Shown: positions 1 to 12,770 of the stretch, one piece after another
How the letters are laid out: each line of letters begins with the position of its first letter
Numbering within the stretch: position 1 is the first letter of the stretch
Origin: Octopus sinensis
Lineage: Eukaryota
Length of the DNA stretch: 64,000 nucleotides
Direction of reading: 5' to 3'
Assembly (NCBI RefSeq): GCF_006345805.1
Contig: NC_043014.1
Span: forward strand, 23,126,001-23,190,000
Position numbers and translations under genes: made by a program
The notes under the pieces: generated by a model
What the model was told of the DNA's origin: nothing
The model's database searches: none
Seen by the model: the letters and a program-made list of their open reading frames with translations, nothing else

Positions 1-1640
1 GTAGTACTTTTCTCTGGCACAAACCCAAACTGCATCTCATCTAAACTAACTCTCGCTCTAATTAGTTGGGCTATGACCCTCTCCGTAACCTTCATCACCT
101 GATCCAACAGCTTGATACCTCTGTAGTTATTTGTATCTAGGGCGTCACCTTTACCTTTGTAGCAGTTGACTATTATGCTGCTACACCAGTCATTGGGTAT
201 GACTCCTTTGTGTATCACCTGATTAACTATATGGGTGACTAGGCTATAGCCGACACTACCAGACATTTTGAGCATCTCTGCAGTGATTCCTGATGGGCCT
301 GGGGCTTTTCCTGTCTTCATGCTTCTAATTGCCTTAGCTACCACGGAACTATCAACTCGGATAGCTGGTCCCTCTGTTGGGTCAACATTCGGCAGACTCT
401 CTTTATCCCATTCATTTTCTTTATTCAGCAAACTTTCATAGTGGCATCTCCAAACCTCTCTCTTTGCATCCTCATTTAGCGCAAGTGAACCATCTTCCAT
501 GCGAACACACTTCTCTCCTACCACATCACGATTCTCTCTCACACACTGTCTTGCAACGCGAAACACCTCCAGTCTTTGGTCCTCACGGCACAGAACATTG
601 GCAAATTTTTTCTTATCTGCTTCCCCTCTGGCTAAATAAACCTGTCTCCTAGCTTCTCTTTTGGCAGTCTGATACAATTCCCTGCTACCCCCATTTTTCC
701 AAACCTTCCAAGCCTGTCTCTTTTCTCTAATAGCCCTGTCTACAGTATCGTTCCACCACCACGTTATTCTAGGTCGAGAGGGGACTTTGCACCAGCCACA
801 GATCTGGTCAGTGGCTCTCAGCAGGTTGTCCCTTAGAAACGTCCAGCTGTCTTCTACCCCCTGTGATGCTCTATCCCCTTCTACTTCGTCAGAGGCTTCA
901 AGTAATATGTCTCTAAATCTCTGTCCATTTGCAGGATCTTTAAGCTTCCAGATCCTTCTTCTCCATATTGGTCGTCTTCTGGTTGTCCTCCTAGTCCTGA
1001 TCCTAAAGTCACTAACTACCAGTCTATGTTGTGGGGTACATTCTTCACCTGGGAAGGTTTTGGCATTTATAAGCAGCCATCTCTCCCTTTGCCTTGCAAG
1101 GATGTAGTCAATTTGGCTGGTATGTTGGCCCGATCGGTAAGTGACTAGGTGGCTGGTAGGTTTCCTGAAGTTAGTGTTGCAAATCATAAGATTATTTGCA
1201 TCGCAGAACTCCAGCAGCCTGGTTCCCTCCTCGTTTCGGGAGCCATAGCCATAGCCTCCATGTACGCCATGAAAGCCCCCAGCATGTCGTCCAACGTGAC
1301 CATTGAAGTCACCAGCCACAAAGATAAGGTCTCTGTCATTCGTCAACGAGGTAGTCTGCAGTAGAGTGTCATAGAATCGGTCTTTCTGTCCATCGGGTAG
1401 CCCCGACTGAGGAACATAGGCTGATATAATGGTTGCTAAACTATGATGAAGCACTAATCTAATCTTAAGTATTCTGTCACATACTCTGATTACCTCAATT
1501 ACTTTATCTACCCATTTCTCAGCGATAAGTATACCCACGCCACCAACCCCGTCAGAAACCTGCCCAGAAAATCTTGTACCTGCGTTCCTTGCCTGTGAGG
1601 AACCTAGCTGATCCTCCTCTCCACCTTATTTCTTGCATGC
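1..1640 (-). mobile_element. RTE-clade LINE (family A) fragment: APE endonuclease through start of RT, decayed
   Basis: Reverse complement aligns by eye with the + strand copy at ~29.7-31.3 kb (e.g. GACTGGTGTAGCAGCATAATAGTCAACTGCTACAAAGGTAAAGGTG; GGATCAGGTGATGAAGGTTACGGAGAGGGTCATAGCCCAAC). It runs off the window start. The + strand ORFs listed here are antisense shadows. Confidence 0.9.
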
Positions 1641-2007
1641 AAATTACATGTACATATGATGAAGCAGCTGCTACACAGTGAGCCTCTACATAGTTGTTTG
1701 ACTTGCTAAATATAATTGCAAATCTACCTTATAAAACATTTTAGATAATGTAATCCTAGGAACATCAACAGGATGGTTATGTCTGAAAAGCCTTTTAACT
1801 TAGTGTGGTGCAATCAAGGTTGAACTAAGGTTAAGCAACAACAACAACTCGTACACCCAATATTTCAAAGCCATAAATAGAAGCCAAATCTTCCTCAAAC
1901 CATAGCATACTATTTATGATAGAAAGGGTCACATGACCGTTTTAGATAATCTGAATAAAATAGCAGTATAGTCATGGCTAAAATAGATCTTCTCAACTTG
2001 GGATTAA

Positions 2008-2225
2008 CCCTTTAGCATTCAGATTACTCTGTCAGATGTAATGCTTGTTTATTCATTGTTTTGAATTGATTATGTATTATCTCATAGCTTTAAGTTTTCA
2101 ATGATGTGATTGTCATTTTTAGAATGACATGGTAGAGTAGGTGTAAGAGGCTGGATCTAGTCAGTTTGAAAGTAAAACAAGTAGTATATTTTTGGCTGGA
2201 TATGATCAGTTTAAATGCTAAAGGG
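2008..2225. mobile_element. piggyBac-like MITE (~220 bp)
   Basis: TTAA|CCCTTTAGCATT ... AATGCTAAAGGG|TTAA, i.e. terminal inverted repeats with TTAA on both sides. Related copies lie near 38110-38270, 50080-50297 and 51338-51565. Confidence 0.75.
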
Positions 2226-2832
2226 TTAAACAATAGCACATGCTTAAAAAAATAAACTATTCGTTTCATTGACAAACCTTCCACTGCATACCAAAACACC
2301 TGTTATCTCTTCTCTCTGGCTTTCCTCTACCTTTATCACATCTTTTGCTTCTTTATGTATGCAATCTGTGTATTATCCCTGCCGAAGCTCAACCAATGCC
2401 TCTAACTCTCTTTTTGAGACCCTGCTCCTTTCAATCTGTGTTGTAAATTCTTTGTCCAGTTTTTCTTCATAACTCTATTCCATCTTTGCTTTCACTTTTG
2501 CTTCAGGTACCAACCTACAGAAGTTTTAGTTAAATACCAGCTGAATTTAACTCACAAGTCATCCTTTCTGGACCCTATTTACACAGTTAACTGAAACAAT
2601 TAAAATTTACTTCAGTCAGTGAACTGCAACTACGCTACAGCACCACATTTAAAGGTTTCAGTCAATTGCATTGGCCTTAGTATATACTTTTATATATTTA
2701 GATAATCTGAATAAAATAGCAGTATAGTCATGGCTAAAATAGATCTTCTCAACTTGGGATTAACCCTTTAGCATTCAGATTATTCTGTCAGATGTAATGC
2801 TTGTTTATTCATTGTTTTGAATTGTTCTATTT

Positions 2833-3266
2833 TTGGCTTTACGCATCACAATCACGCGCAAGGCCCAGCTGAGATGGGCGGGCCACGTCTCCCGCATGTC
2901 CGATACTCGCATCCCAAAACAGCTCTTCTATGGTGAACTCGGCCAGGGCAGGCGCAAAGTCGGAGGGCAGAAGAAGCGCTACAAGGATAGTCTCATGGTC
3001 TCTCTCAAAGACTTCTCCATCGGAACAGAGACCTGGGAGACACTTGCTGCCAACCGCTCATCCTGGCGCAGCGCAATCACCGTGGGAGCAAGAGCCGCCT
3101 GCACCAGTAGCATGGCCCCTACCCACTTCTGCCCCACCTGTGGGAGGGGCTTCCTTGCCCGGATTGGCCTCACCAGCCACCTCAGGTCTCATGGCGGCAG
3201 TTCCATCAGATGATGTCAGTTGGTCATCTTCGAACCGAAGGACGAACATTATTATTATTATTATTA
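2833..3266 (+). mobile_element. RTE-clade LINE (family B) 3' end with C-terminal C2H2 finger and (ATT)n tail
   Basis: ORF 2833-3213 contains QLRWAGHVSRMSDTRIPKQLFYGEL..G.R..GGQKKRYKDSL and CPTCGRGFLARIGLTSHLRSH, typical of the RTE/BovB-like C-terminus. It is followed by an (ATT)n tail. 15-bp TSD TTAGTATATACTTTT at 2677-2691 and 3267-3281. Confidence 0.9.
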
Positions 3267-5487
3267 TTAGTATATACTTTTAAATTTGATTTTTATTTTG
3301 GTGATTTCTGTTTTGGAACATCACTAAGTTGTAGGATATAAACACAAACTTCATTTATTTTCATTGATAACAAGCACAGAGACAAACACATACACCCCCC
3401 CCACACACACACACAACAGGCTTCTGTACAATTTCATTCACCAGACATTGATTGACCCAAGATTATTGTAGAAGGCACTTGCTCAATATGCTCCAGTGTG
3501 CACTTTCTAACCATACTTCTATATTAAGAATACACACATATATATATATCATCATCATCATCAATTAACATCTGTATTCTATGCTTGAATGGGTTGAATG
3601 GTTTGATAGGATCCAACAAACCAGAAGATTGTGCTGAGCGCCAATGTCTGTTTTGACATTATTCCTATGGCTGGACTGGATACCTTCCATAATGCCTGCC
3701 ACTTTTTTCATAGCACCAACACAAATAAGGTCACCAAATATCTTGCAAGACAAGACCCCTTGATAGAGTTAGTGCACAGTATTGAGGGAGATGGCTTTGT
3801 GCTACGCATTGAGAGGCTAAAGTATGCTAAGAGGGACAGGAACAGGTTTCTTGCTGTAGAGGAGACATTTTGCTATTCCAGCAGAGTTTTTATCTATTTG
3901 TTAAGTTAACATTTATTTCGTCTTGCTGTGATATTTAGCACTCTGATTAACAACAGATCTTTTGGCAGCTTGAAATTAGGATCAAATTGATCAGTTTTGT
4001 TTTTCTTAAGAATCTTCAAAACCCATTCACATTCTAAGCTACTGAAACAAAGTAACATAAAACTATCTATAGTGTGTTTATTTTCAAGACCTTTGCCTTG
4101 GGGTTTTGGGTGGCATGTATGTAGCCATGCTTTTACAGCAGCCTTGACTGGTTAACTTAGAATTTCTGAATTGGAAAAGAGTTTGGCACACACCAAAAAA
4201 TGATCACACTCAGAATAAGTGGATACTTATTATATATAATCCTTCGTTAGTTGGGAAAGTAATGGGTGAAGCACTTTTTTTATGTATTGACTTCTCTTTC
4301 TCTCATTTGTGAAAACCAAATGTAAACAAACCCAAAATTTCTGTAACATTTCTTTATGTTTGTATATTTTATATGTATATGTATGTGTGAGGTGGTGAAG
4401 AGAGTAGCAATTGTTTGTAAAATAAAATGGCCTTTTCCAACCAGCCACTGCTTTTTAGGTGGGAGAGAGAGAAGTTTTTTTCTTATAGAAAAGGTTAGTT
4501 CATTTGGTGCAGAAAATCCCCTCCTCTACCTCTGCCCATCCTCCACTTTCTTCACATTCAGTGTGTGTGTGTGTGTGTAAGAATGTGGACTGTGAATTAC
4601 AATTTGGCTTTATAAAGAAAGAAATATTAGCTATGATTGAGAGAGAAAGAGAGTGAGTGAGATCAACAGTGTGTGAAGAAGTAGATTGTTAGGGAGGTGA
4701 CCAGTGGTAGTAGGACTGGGTCAGGGAGAGTAGGATTACAGGTCAGTATAGAATGTTGTGAGAGATAGTGGATTGGACATTGGTGCACAGTGGCATGAAT
4801 AAATGGGGGGAGGAGTGTTGTCTTTGAAGAACAAAAAAACCAAATCTATATTTTCTATTAAATTGTGAATAGATGTGGTCACCTTTTGCAGGCACAGCCA
4901 ATCTTTTTAAGGCTGAGTTCGTTTCTTTGATACAACTGCAATCCCGGATCTAGCATGAGCTTAACTGCATGTCTGTCATCTGGAATGTTGCCATTTACAA
5001 TAGCACTAACGAGAGAATTATTAGTTATTGTTAATTAGCCCCCCCAGTAGTCTTCAAGTTAGTCGTAATTGACCAAACCTATGATCAAAGGCATTACTGC
5101 CATGACCGTCTTGTTTTTTTTTTTCCCAGGCATAGAGTACTCCAGGCTACATTGTTCAATGACTCCATTTTAAAAATAGTTGGGGAGTTTGAGGAAGATT
5201 TGATTGTTATTTTCAGCATGTCAAGCCATTATGTAGAAACCTCCTTCTTGTAGTGGTCTTGACAACAGCAGTTTCCTCCTCCCCATTCCTCTCTGTTTTA
5301 AAAATTCTCCTAGTGATTATAAGAAACAAAATGGATTTATCAAGAGATGTTCATGGAAATCACATTTGTTTGCCTCTTTCCTGCAATTCACTTACAGAAT
5401 TGGCTAAATTGGCTGAAACCAAGGGCAAAGAAACTGAAGCAGAGAAATTATCCCTGGCTACCTCCTACACAGATACTTATTATTATT

Positions 5488-6045
5488 CCTACCGCTCTAT
5501 GTCATGCTGGTGAGACCCATATTGGAGTACGGGATTCAAGCCTCTTCTCCTTATCTCCTCAAAGACATACAGCATCTCGAAAGAGTCCAGAAGCTGGCTA
5601 CCCGCATGGTTCTTGGTCTCAAGAATTTGTCTTATGAAGAAAGGCTGAAGACGCTCGACCTTTATTCTCTAGAAAAACAACGACACCGTGGTGATCTCAT
5701 TCTTGCTCACAACATCATAAGCGGAAAGTGTAACCTCTCGAAGGAGCTGTTCTTCACTCCTGCTCCAGAGCGTCGGCTGCGGGGTCATTCCGAAAAGCTC
5801 TATCTACGACGATTTCATCTCAATCAAAGGAGAGGGGCTTTCTCCGTCCGGGTTGCGGATCCGTGGAATAAGCTGCCGGACAAGATGGTGAAGATGCCGA
5901 CGACTGCTCGGTTCAAAGTCTCCCTTGACCACAAGTGGCCTGAACTCTTTACATAAACACCACCCTGTACATAACTCCATGTCCCCCTACATGGCCTTGC
6001 TTTTTTGCTTTTTGAGCCAAAAAATTAACTAACTAACTAACTAAC
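5488..6045 (+). mobile_element. CR1-clade LINE 3' fragment with (TAAC)n tail
   Basis: ORF 5504-5956 contains LVRPILEY...PYLLKDIQHLERVQKLATRMV.GL..LSYEERL..L.L.SLE..R.RGDLI and RGH..KL...FSVRVADPWNKLP, the CR1 ORF2 C-terminus. A short 3' UTR and (TAAC)n follow. Confidence 0.9.
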
Positions 6046-7744
6046 GTGTTTATTCCTTTTGATGTTAAGTACTACACACAACATTTTGATGTATACCCAT
6101 CTAGAGATTTAAGCATTCACAGTTATATAATAAAACTGACCTTATAGTATCACTGTAGCTGCTCTTGATATGTCAAAGAAGCTTGGAGTTCAACACACTG
6201 GTCATATCATTCAGAGCCTTCCATTATAAGTGCCTTTCTCACTATGAGATCTTCTGATGACCTGCTGAGCTTAGGTATTTGAAGGCTTAGACTTCATTCA
6301 GAGCAGTCTCCTGTTCTCATTAGAGGTAGATGGTCTGGAAAGATATTTTAGGTGATGATCTCAGGTATTCAGTTGAAGGCCAGATTTGGCACACACCCCA
6401 TTCTCCCCAAGACCTCTAGTACTTACTCTCTGAAGTCAAATAGCAAGCTGATATTATTCTCATTATGATAGCATCCAGGAGTAGTCTAGATCTCTTAGGT
6501 ATAATAGTGAAATCTAGTTCCTGCTCTTGTCATAAGTCCATGGTTCAGGACTATAATGAAGAGAGCAAGAATGTCAAACTCTTTATTTGTTGCTATCTAG
6601 AGTTACTACATTTTGCTCTTGTACCTGTGTATGTAACTTCAAGGACCTGGAGTAATTCTGTCCTTTTTTTAAAAAATAGTTGGTTGGGTTTTAAAGGAAA
6701 TTTAGCTGTTAGACTGCTATTTTTAGCAAACTATATAGAAATTAGCTCCTAGCATATAAGTGTGTGTATGTTGGTATGGTGTCTGTTTGTAGTCTCATAT
6801 TCATATGCTTGTATGTTTAGCGTTGTTGTTTGGCCCTCAGGTCAGCTATAAGCAGGTAGACTTATATTCATAGGCATTCGTTCCCTGGCCATCTTTTCCC
6901 CAGCCACAGTGCACCCAATGTATCTTTCTACTCCAAAATGACAGAGTGTGATTTAAAGAAGATGTAGGGCCTATTTCTTGCAGACTGAACCGCCACATGG
7001 TACCTCCATTGTTGTCTTCAGTTACCTATGTATGTCTATATATTTGTGTGAATATATTGTCTGCCTGTGCAAGTGCACACAAATATAATTGGTTGGTGAG
7101 CTAAGGTAGCGGTGATGGTGAGAGGAAGGCAAAGAAGGTCGGCAATTCAAAATGCTTGCCAATTTATTGTAACTAAAGTTTAATTGAGCATATATGGATA
7201 CGCCTAAATTTATATGCATCTGGCAACTTTATATTTCTTAATGAATACTTAAAAGTTCTAATTGCATTTAGTTTTCTTTTTCACATTTCTTATTTATCTG
7301 CAAAAATGAGGAGAAAGTATAATTGTGCATATGTGAGTTTTTTTAAAATTATTATTTAGACTTTCTTCTTTTCTTTTTCTTTTTGTTTATTTTCCGTTGC
7401 AATATAACTTGATACTTGGTTTTGTAAAATGCCTACTTAGTTTTAGCAAATATTTTACATCACAATTTGTGAACAAAAGTGACACTAGTTATTGGTTTCC
7501 ACTGAGCTCAATCACAGGTTTACTGAATTTTTGACAGCAAGAAGTGACTGTCCTAATATATATCAACAAACTTTAGTAGCCATAAAGGGAAACAACCTAA
7601 CATAATGTTACACTGCATGCACCAAATGTGTGTCTCTGTATATGTGTGTGTGTCACACTCTGTGTACGTGAAGTCTTCCTGTACAGAAGGAGCAGGTTTC
7701 TGACAAAGACACAAAGCTCTTATCATAGGAGTGTATTTAAAAGC

Positions 7745-8020
7745 AAATTCACATTTGAAGCTTGAGAAAAGTCTTGCATATTTTTACTTTTCTGCTGACA
7801 GATTGTATTTGCAATGGTTGATTTCTTTTCCTGAAAATCCTAGCTCTTCCCAGTTGCCACTTGCTTTTACTCACAAAATCAAGTACACTAATTATTATTG
7901 GTATAAATGAGAATTTATAATCTGGATATAGAAGTTGGAAGTTTTGAAGCAGTTGTCTGTAGTTATCCACTTTCTCTGATCTTTGAAGAGACATTCACAT
8001 TAGTATGACCTCTATGACAG
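7745..8020 (-). mobile_element. Restriction-like-endonuclease (R4/Dong/NeSL-type) LINE C-terminal relic
   Basis: EKVDNYRQLLQNFQLLYPDYKFSFIPIIIS resembles the EK..KY..L...VPIVIGALG end of RLE-type non-LTR elements; frameshifted. Confidence 0.5.
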
Positions 8021-8336
8021 TACACACTTTTTCTTGTCTATCCCAATCAATGATATTCAACCTCTTATGTTTGAACTAAGTAGAAGTTTTGATATGAATC
8101 TTCCATCAATATCCCTTATGTTTATGTTTATGTATTTATTCAATAACAACAGGATTCTTTATATTTATCTCAGGGCAGTTTTCCTTTTTTTGGATGACAT
8201 TGTATATTTAGTAACAACAATGTTTTTCACTGCTTTGAAGCATTTTTAGATGAATGAATCAACCACAGTACTTATGTTTTCACACCAACTCCAGTTATAA
8301 ATGGTAGTGGGGGGGACAAACAGACACAATCACACG

Positions 8337-8401
<65 letters not shown>

Positions 8402-8575
8402 GACAAGCTTCTTGTACTTTCTGCCTAGCAAATCCACTCACAAGGCATTGGTTGGCCCAGGGTTATAGCAGAAGACACTTGCCCAAGATATCACACAGTG
8501 GGACTGAATCTGCCATATTTGTACCTATATGTGTGTGTGTGTATTTATATATATATAAATACACACACACACTCA

Positions 8576-8812
8576 CAGAGGGTTGGCCAAAAGTCACCTG
8601 ACAGTAAATCAAAATTCCATAAATACTTAATATTCGATTTTATTTATTCTTTCCAATTATGAATGTTTAATAATAATTGAATGGTGTAAGTTAAAATCAC
8701 TTTTTTTTTTCAACATTTGTCCATTGTTAGCGAAGTCTCATAAAAAATTTTTTGTTTTAATCTTGGAATTAATGGTTTTGATTTACTGTTGCATGACTTT
8801 TGGCCAACCCTG
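8576..8812. mobile_element. Tc1/mariner-type MITE (~237 bp)
   Basis: Inverted ends AGGGTTGGCCAAAAGTCA..ACAGTAAATCAAAA and TTTTGATTTACTGT..TGACTTTTGGCCAACCCTG, followed by TA. Confidence 0.7.
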
Positions 8813-8842
8813 TATATATGTGTGTGTGTGTGTATGTGTATA

Positions 8843-8893
<51 letters not shown>

Positions 8894-8941
8894 CATACAC
8901 ATACACACACACACACACTCACACATGCAAAGTGATATATA

Positions 8942-10177
8942 TTAGGTTGGCAACTAAGTTCCTACTGTTTTTAAAATTTAAATTTTTTTAAAGATTTAAT
9001 AAAAAATAACAACTAATTAATCAATAATGTATTCACCCTTGTTTTTTACAACTTCTCAATGTTCAACAAGATTTTCAATACCTCGTTAGAAGAAATCACC
9101 CGATTTCGATTTGAAAAGTTGATCCAACCAAGCTCTCAGTTCTGCATAAGTATTGAATGAAACTTTGCGCATAGCATTTGAAAGAGATTGAATAAGGTGG
9201 AAACCCATTGGTGCCAAAACAGGAGAGTATGGCAGGTGTGGCATCACTTCCCAGCCATGCATTTGAATGGCTTCCTTGGTCATATTGGCAATATGAGGGT
9301 GGGTGTTGTCATGCAGCAGAAGAACTCCATGCTGCCGATTAGGTATTTTCTCTTGAATAGCCATGTTGAGTCGTTCCATCTGTTGAACATAGAGTTCCGC
9401 ATTGACCGTTTGGTTCTGTTCAAGCAGTTCGTAATGGATAATCCTTTCCCAGTCCCACCATGTGCACGACATCGTTTTACGCAGATGAAGATCTTGTTTC
9501 GCGTGCAGTGTCGCTTGTTTACCGGGGCTAAACCATTCCTTACGCTGCTTCATATTGATGTGCAAGCACCATTTTTCGTTGCCTGTAACGATTTGGTAAA
9601 GAAATCGTTGCTTGTGTCCATGAGTTGAGCGGTGACGAGCAAGCAAACCAAGTGGAGATTGTGGCTCGTTGAATTTTGTTGTTGGCACTTAAAGCATGCG
9701 GAACCCATGCTCCATACTTCTGAACCTTTCCCATTGAGTGAAGATGCTTCTCTATATCAGGGTGAGAGCATTCCATTTTCTCTGCCAGTTCCCAGTCATT
9801 TGATGAGAATTTTTGTGCAAAAGTTGGTTTAATTGCTCTTCATCGAACTCAACTGGACAGCGTCTTTGAGGTAAAAAATTTCCATTTTTGAACTTGGCAT
9901 ACCAATCACGAGCAGTTCTTTCAGCTATGGCACCCTCTCCATACAAAGCATGAATGTCGCGAGCAGCTTTTGCAGCCCGAGAATCTTGATTAAAAGCAAA
10001 AAGGAGGTGTCGAAAATGCTCATTTTTCTTAACTTGACATTCCATTTTAATGATCTGAATATAAATATAAAAATTAACTAAAATTAGCTAGAATAAAAGC
10101 AAAATAGATTCCAAAATTTAAAACCGCAATAAATTCCAAAATTTTTTTAAATGGCAGGAACTTAGTTGCCAACCTAA
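8942..10177 (-). mobile_element. Full-length but inactivated mariner element (DD34D type)
   Basis: TA|TTAGGTTGGCAACTAAGTTCCT ... AGGAACTTAGTTGCCAACCTAA|TA. Transposase is split over frames (9752-10045, 9540-9776, 9086-9688) with HTH, WVPHAL, IVTGNEKW, LLLHDN and a YSP-LAP motif. The first and third catalytic Asp appear mutated. Confidence 0.95.
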
Positions 10178-10626
10178 TATATTATATTATGCATATATAT
10201 GTGTGTATATACACACATATATTTTGCCTTAATTCATTTACGGAGTTAAAATTTCAAATATGCTAGTTTAGTTGTAGGAATCAAGGGCTTTCTGATTTTT
10301 TTTATTTACTCAAGTAGAAAAACCATTGTATTTCTTGACAACAGAGTTATCTATAATTGATACTGCAACATGGACATAAAAATATGCAGTATTTAGTGTC
10401 AAATGTACTTTTTCTTTCACCAGCCAGCAATTGATGACTTCTTTGAACTTATAAAGATCTCTCTCAATATTTAACTATGTAATTCAGGAACAAAGGAAGA
10501 TATTGTTTTTAATGTCAAAGGGCCTCACAGGGTTATCTAAGAGAGAGAGAGAAAGAGATTTATTAATATACCTACAGTAAGAAAGTTATGTTCATATATA
10601 TGTGTGTGAATATCCTTTACTTTTAT

Positions 10627-10686
<60 letters not shown>

Positions 10687-10697
10687 GTTATATTGTT

Positions 10698-11285
10698 ATA
10701 TTTTGGAATGGTCATTTTGCCAGGGTGTTATTTTGCTTCAATGTTATTTATTTTTTTACATTAATCTTAATCTTATTTCGGCCAGAGTCCTTTCGTCACA
10801 CTCCTGTGACCGCATCAGTGGTCCTTTGTTTTCTTCTTTCTTATTTGTGTGTCTCTCCTTACTAAACGTCAGCCATTTTGTATGTCTTCATTTGCGCATG
10901 CTTATATCTCTATGTGCGTCTATGTTTAGTTAGTGTGTGTGGGGGGGTGCCTATAATATTTGTATCTTCTGTTTATATACGTTCATGTAATTTGTTTTTG
11001 TTGTTGTTGTTTTTGTTTATTCTTATTTTGTTCATGTATTTACATCCACTTATTATTATTATCATTACGTATGCTTGTATGTATGTATAACAAGGAGAGA
11101 CACAAATGAGAAAGAAGAAAACAAAGGACCACTGATGCGGTCACAGGAGTGTGACAAAAGAACTCTGACTGAAATAAAATTAAGATTAATGTAAAAATTA
11201 ATTAACACTGGAGCAAAATAACAACCAAATATATAGTGCGTGTATTTTTATTGGCTAAACTGGCAAAATGGACCATTCTGAAATA
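10698..11285. repeat. Imperfect inverted repeat (arms ~10698-10861 and ~11090-11285) with ~230-bp spacer; PLE pLTR-like
   Basis: CAGAGTCCTTTCGTCACACTCCTGTGACCGCATCAGTGGTCCTTTGTTTTCTTCTTTC is mirrored at 11110-11170. (TA)n lies directly left of the left arm and ~50 bp right of the right arm. Confidence 0.85.
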
Positions 11286-12278
11286 TATCTGTTTCAACAC
11301 ACGATTTCACTTAAATAATCTTGCACAACAAATATATATATATATATATATATAATATATATATATAGGTTTTATATGTAAGTACATATTCTTATCTTGG
11401 TATGTCTCTATAACACTGTCTCTCTCCCCCCTCTCCTACATTTCTCTGCCTTTCACACTTTGCACTCCACTTTGATCTCTCTCTCTCTTCTCCCTCTTCT
11501 CCTCCTCCTTTGTTCCTTGTTCCCCTTCTTTCTCTCTTCATCTGTCCCTCTTTTCCTCTCTCTTCTCCTCACATGTGACTAGCCGACCGATTGCTATCCT
11601 TTTTGTGGTCACCAGCCGTTGCGGCAAGACACATTTTTTTCTCTCTCTAGCCCTAAGGCTTTTTTCTAACGCCAGCTCAAAAATTTACTCGTCCTGTCGA
11701 AAAGACGCTTGTCTGTGATGTCCTGTTTTTGTTGTTATTATTATTATCATTATTGTTTCTACGTATTTTTGTATTCTTATTCGTGTTATCATTGTTGTTT
11801 TTACATATTTTTGTATTTTTATTCGTGTATCATCGTCCGGTTTTCCGTCCTTGTTTTGTATACATTCGAGGCTTTCTTCCAAGGAATCTAATGCACTTAG
11901 CTTAGATTTTCCTTTGGGGCTGGCCAGATCGGAGCAATCTCAAGATGAATCAGCCGAAATTGCGAAGATGATCCGGTTCTTGACTGAAGATTGAAGGCTT
12001 TGAATGTCCCGTCCGTGTTTTTTGTATCGTCTTCTAAATGTTTTGCGTTCCTGTCCCAGTTTGTATTCTTTACATATATATATATATATATATACTACAA
12101 AATTAGAGAATGGAGAAACATACTTAAATCAATAAAACATCAACTATCCGATGATACCCAATCAATACTTTAATACACCATTACATATGAGTAAAGGCAT
12201 TATATAAAATGAGATATACAGTAATAGTAAAAAGATAAAGAGATATAAGTAAAAAAATTTTCAAATATAATATGCAAT

Positions 12279-12409
12279 TAAATCAAAACTGACAGCTGTT
12301 TCGGCAGTGAGGGCAGTCATACCTCATTTAACCTCTAAGCCATAAAGGCAGGTATAAATGAGGCATTAACAAGGATGCCCCACGGCCTCTTCAGAGAATT
12401 AAATTAAAT
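12279..12409 (-). ncRNA. Mirror copy of the hammerhead ribozyme motif
   Basis: The core-to-cleavage-site segment is the exact reverse complement of 12652-12757 (CTGACAGCTGTTTCGGC...GGCCTCTTCAG). Confidence 0.65.
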
Positions 12410-12639
12410 TTGTTATAATTGTGAAAAATATAATATAACCATATACATATAAATATAAAAATATAAAAATGTAAAATATAAAAAATATAAAAACTTATAC
12501 ATCATAATGCTACACTTATATAATATTATATAAGTGTAGCATTATGATGTATAAGTTTTTATTTTTTATATTTTACATTTTTATATTTTTATATTTATAT
12601 GTATATGGTTATATTATATTTTCACAATTATAACAAATT

Positions 12640-12770
12640 TAATTTAATTCTCTGAAGAGGCCGTGGGGCATCCTTGTTAATGCCTCATTTATACCTGCCT
12701 TTATGGCTTAGAGGTTAAATGAGGTATGACTGCCCTCACTGCCGAAACAGCTGTCAGTTTGATTTAATTG
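12640..12770 (+). ncRNA. Type I hammerhead ribozyme motif with extended stem II
   Basis: CUGAAGA (12652-12658); stem II GGC-C-GUG-GGGCA...UGCCC-U-CAC-U-GCC; GAAA (12744-12747); palindromic stem III ACAGCUGU; GUC cleavage triplet (12753-12755). Stem I is weak (2 bp plus an AU-rich extension). Confidence 0.65.

Noticed and set aside
377-1364. + strand ORFs here, and the antisense ORFs over 9188-9832 and 29488-31985
   Set aside because: They are antisense shadows of LINE or mariner coding sequence.
11580-12075. Possible PLE pLTR with a hammerhead (CAAGATGAATCAGCCGAAA)
   Set aside because: The core does not match CUGANGA and there is no stem II pairing; the repeat could not be classified.
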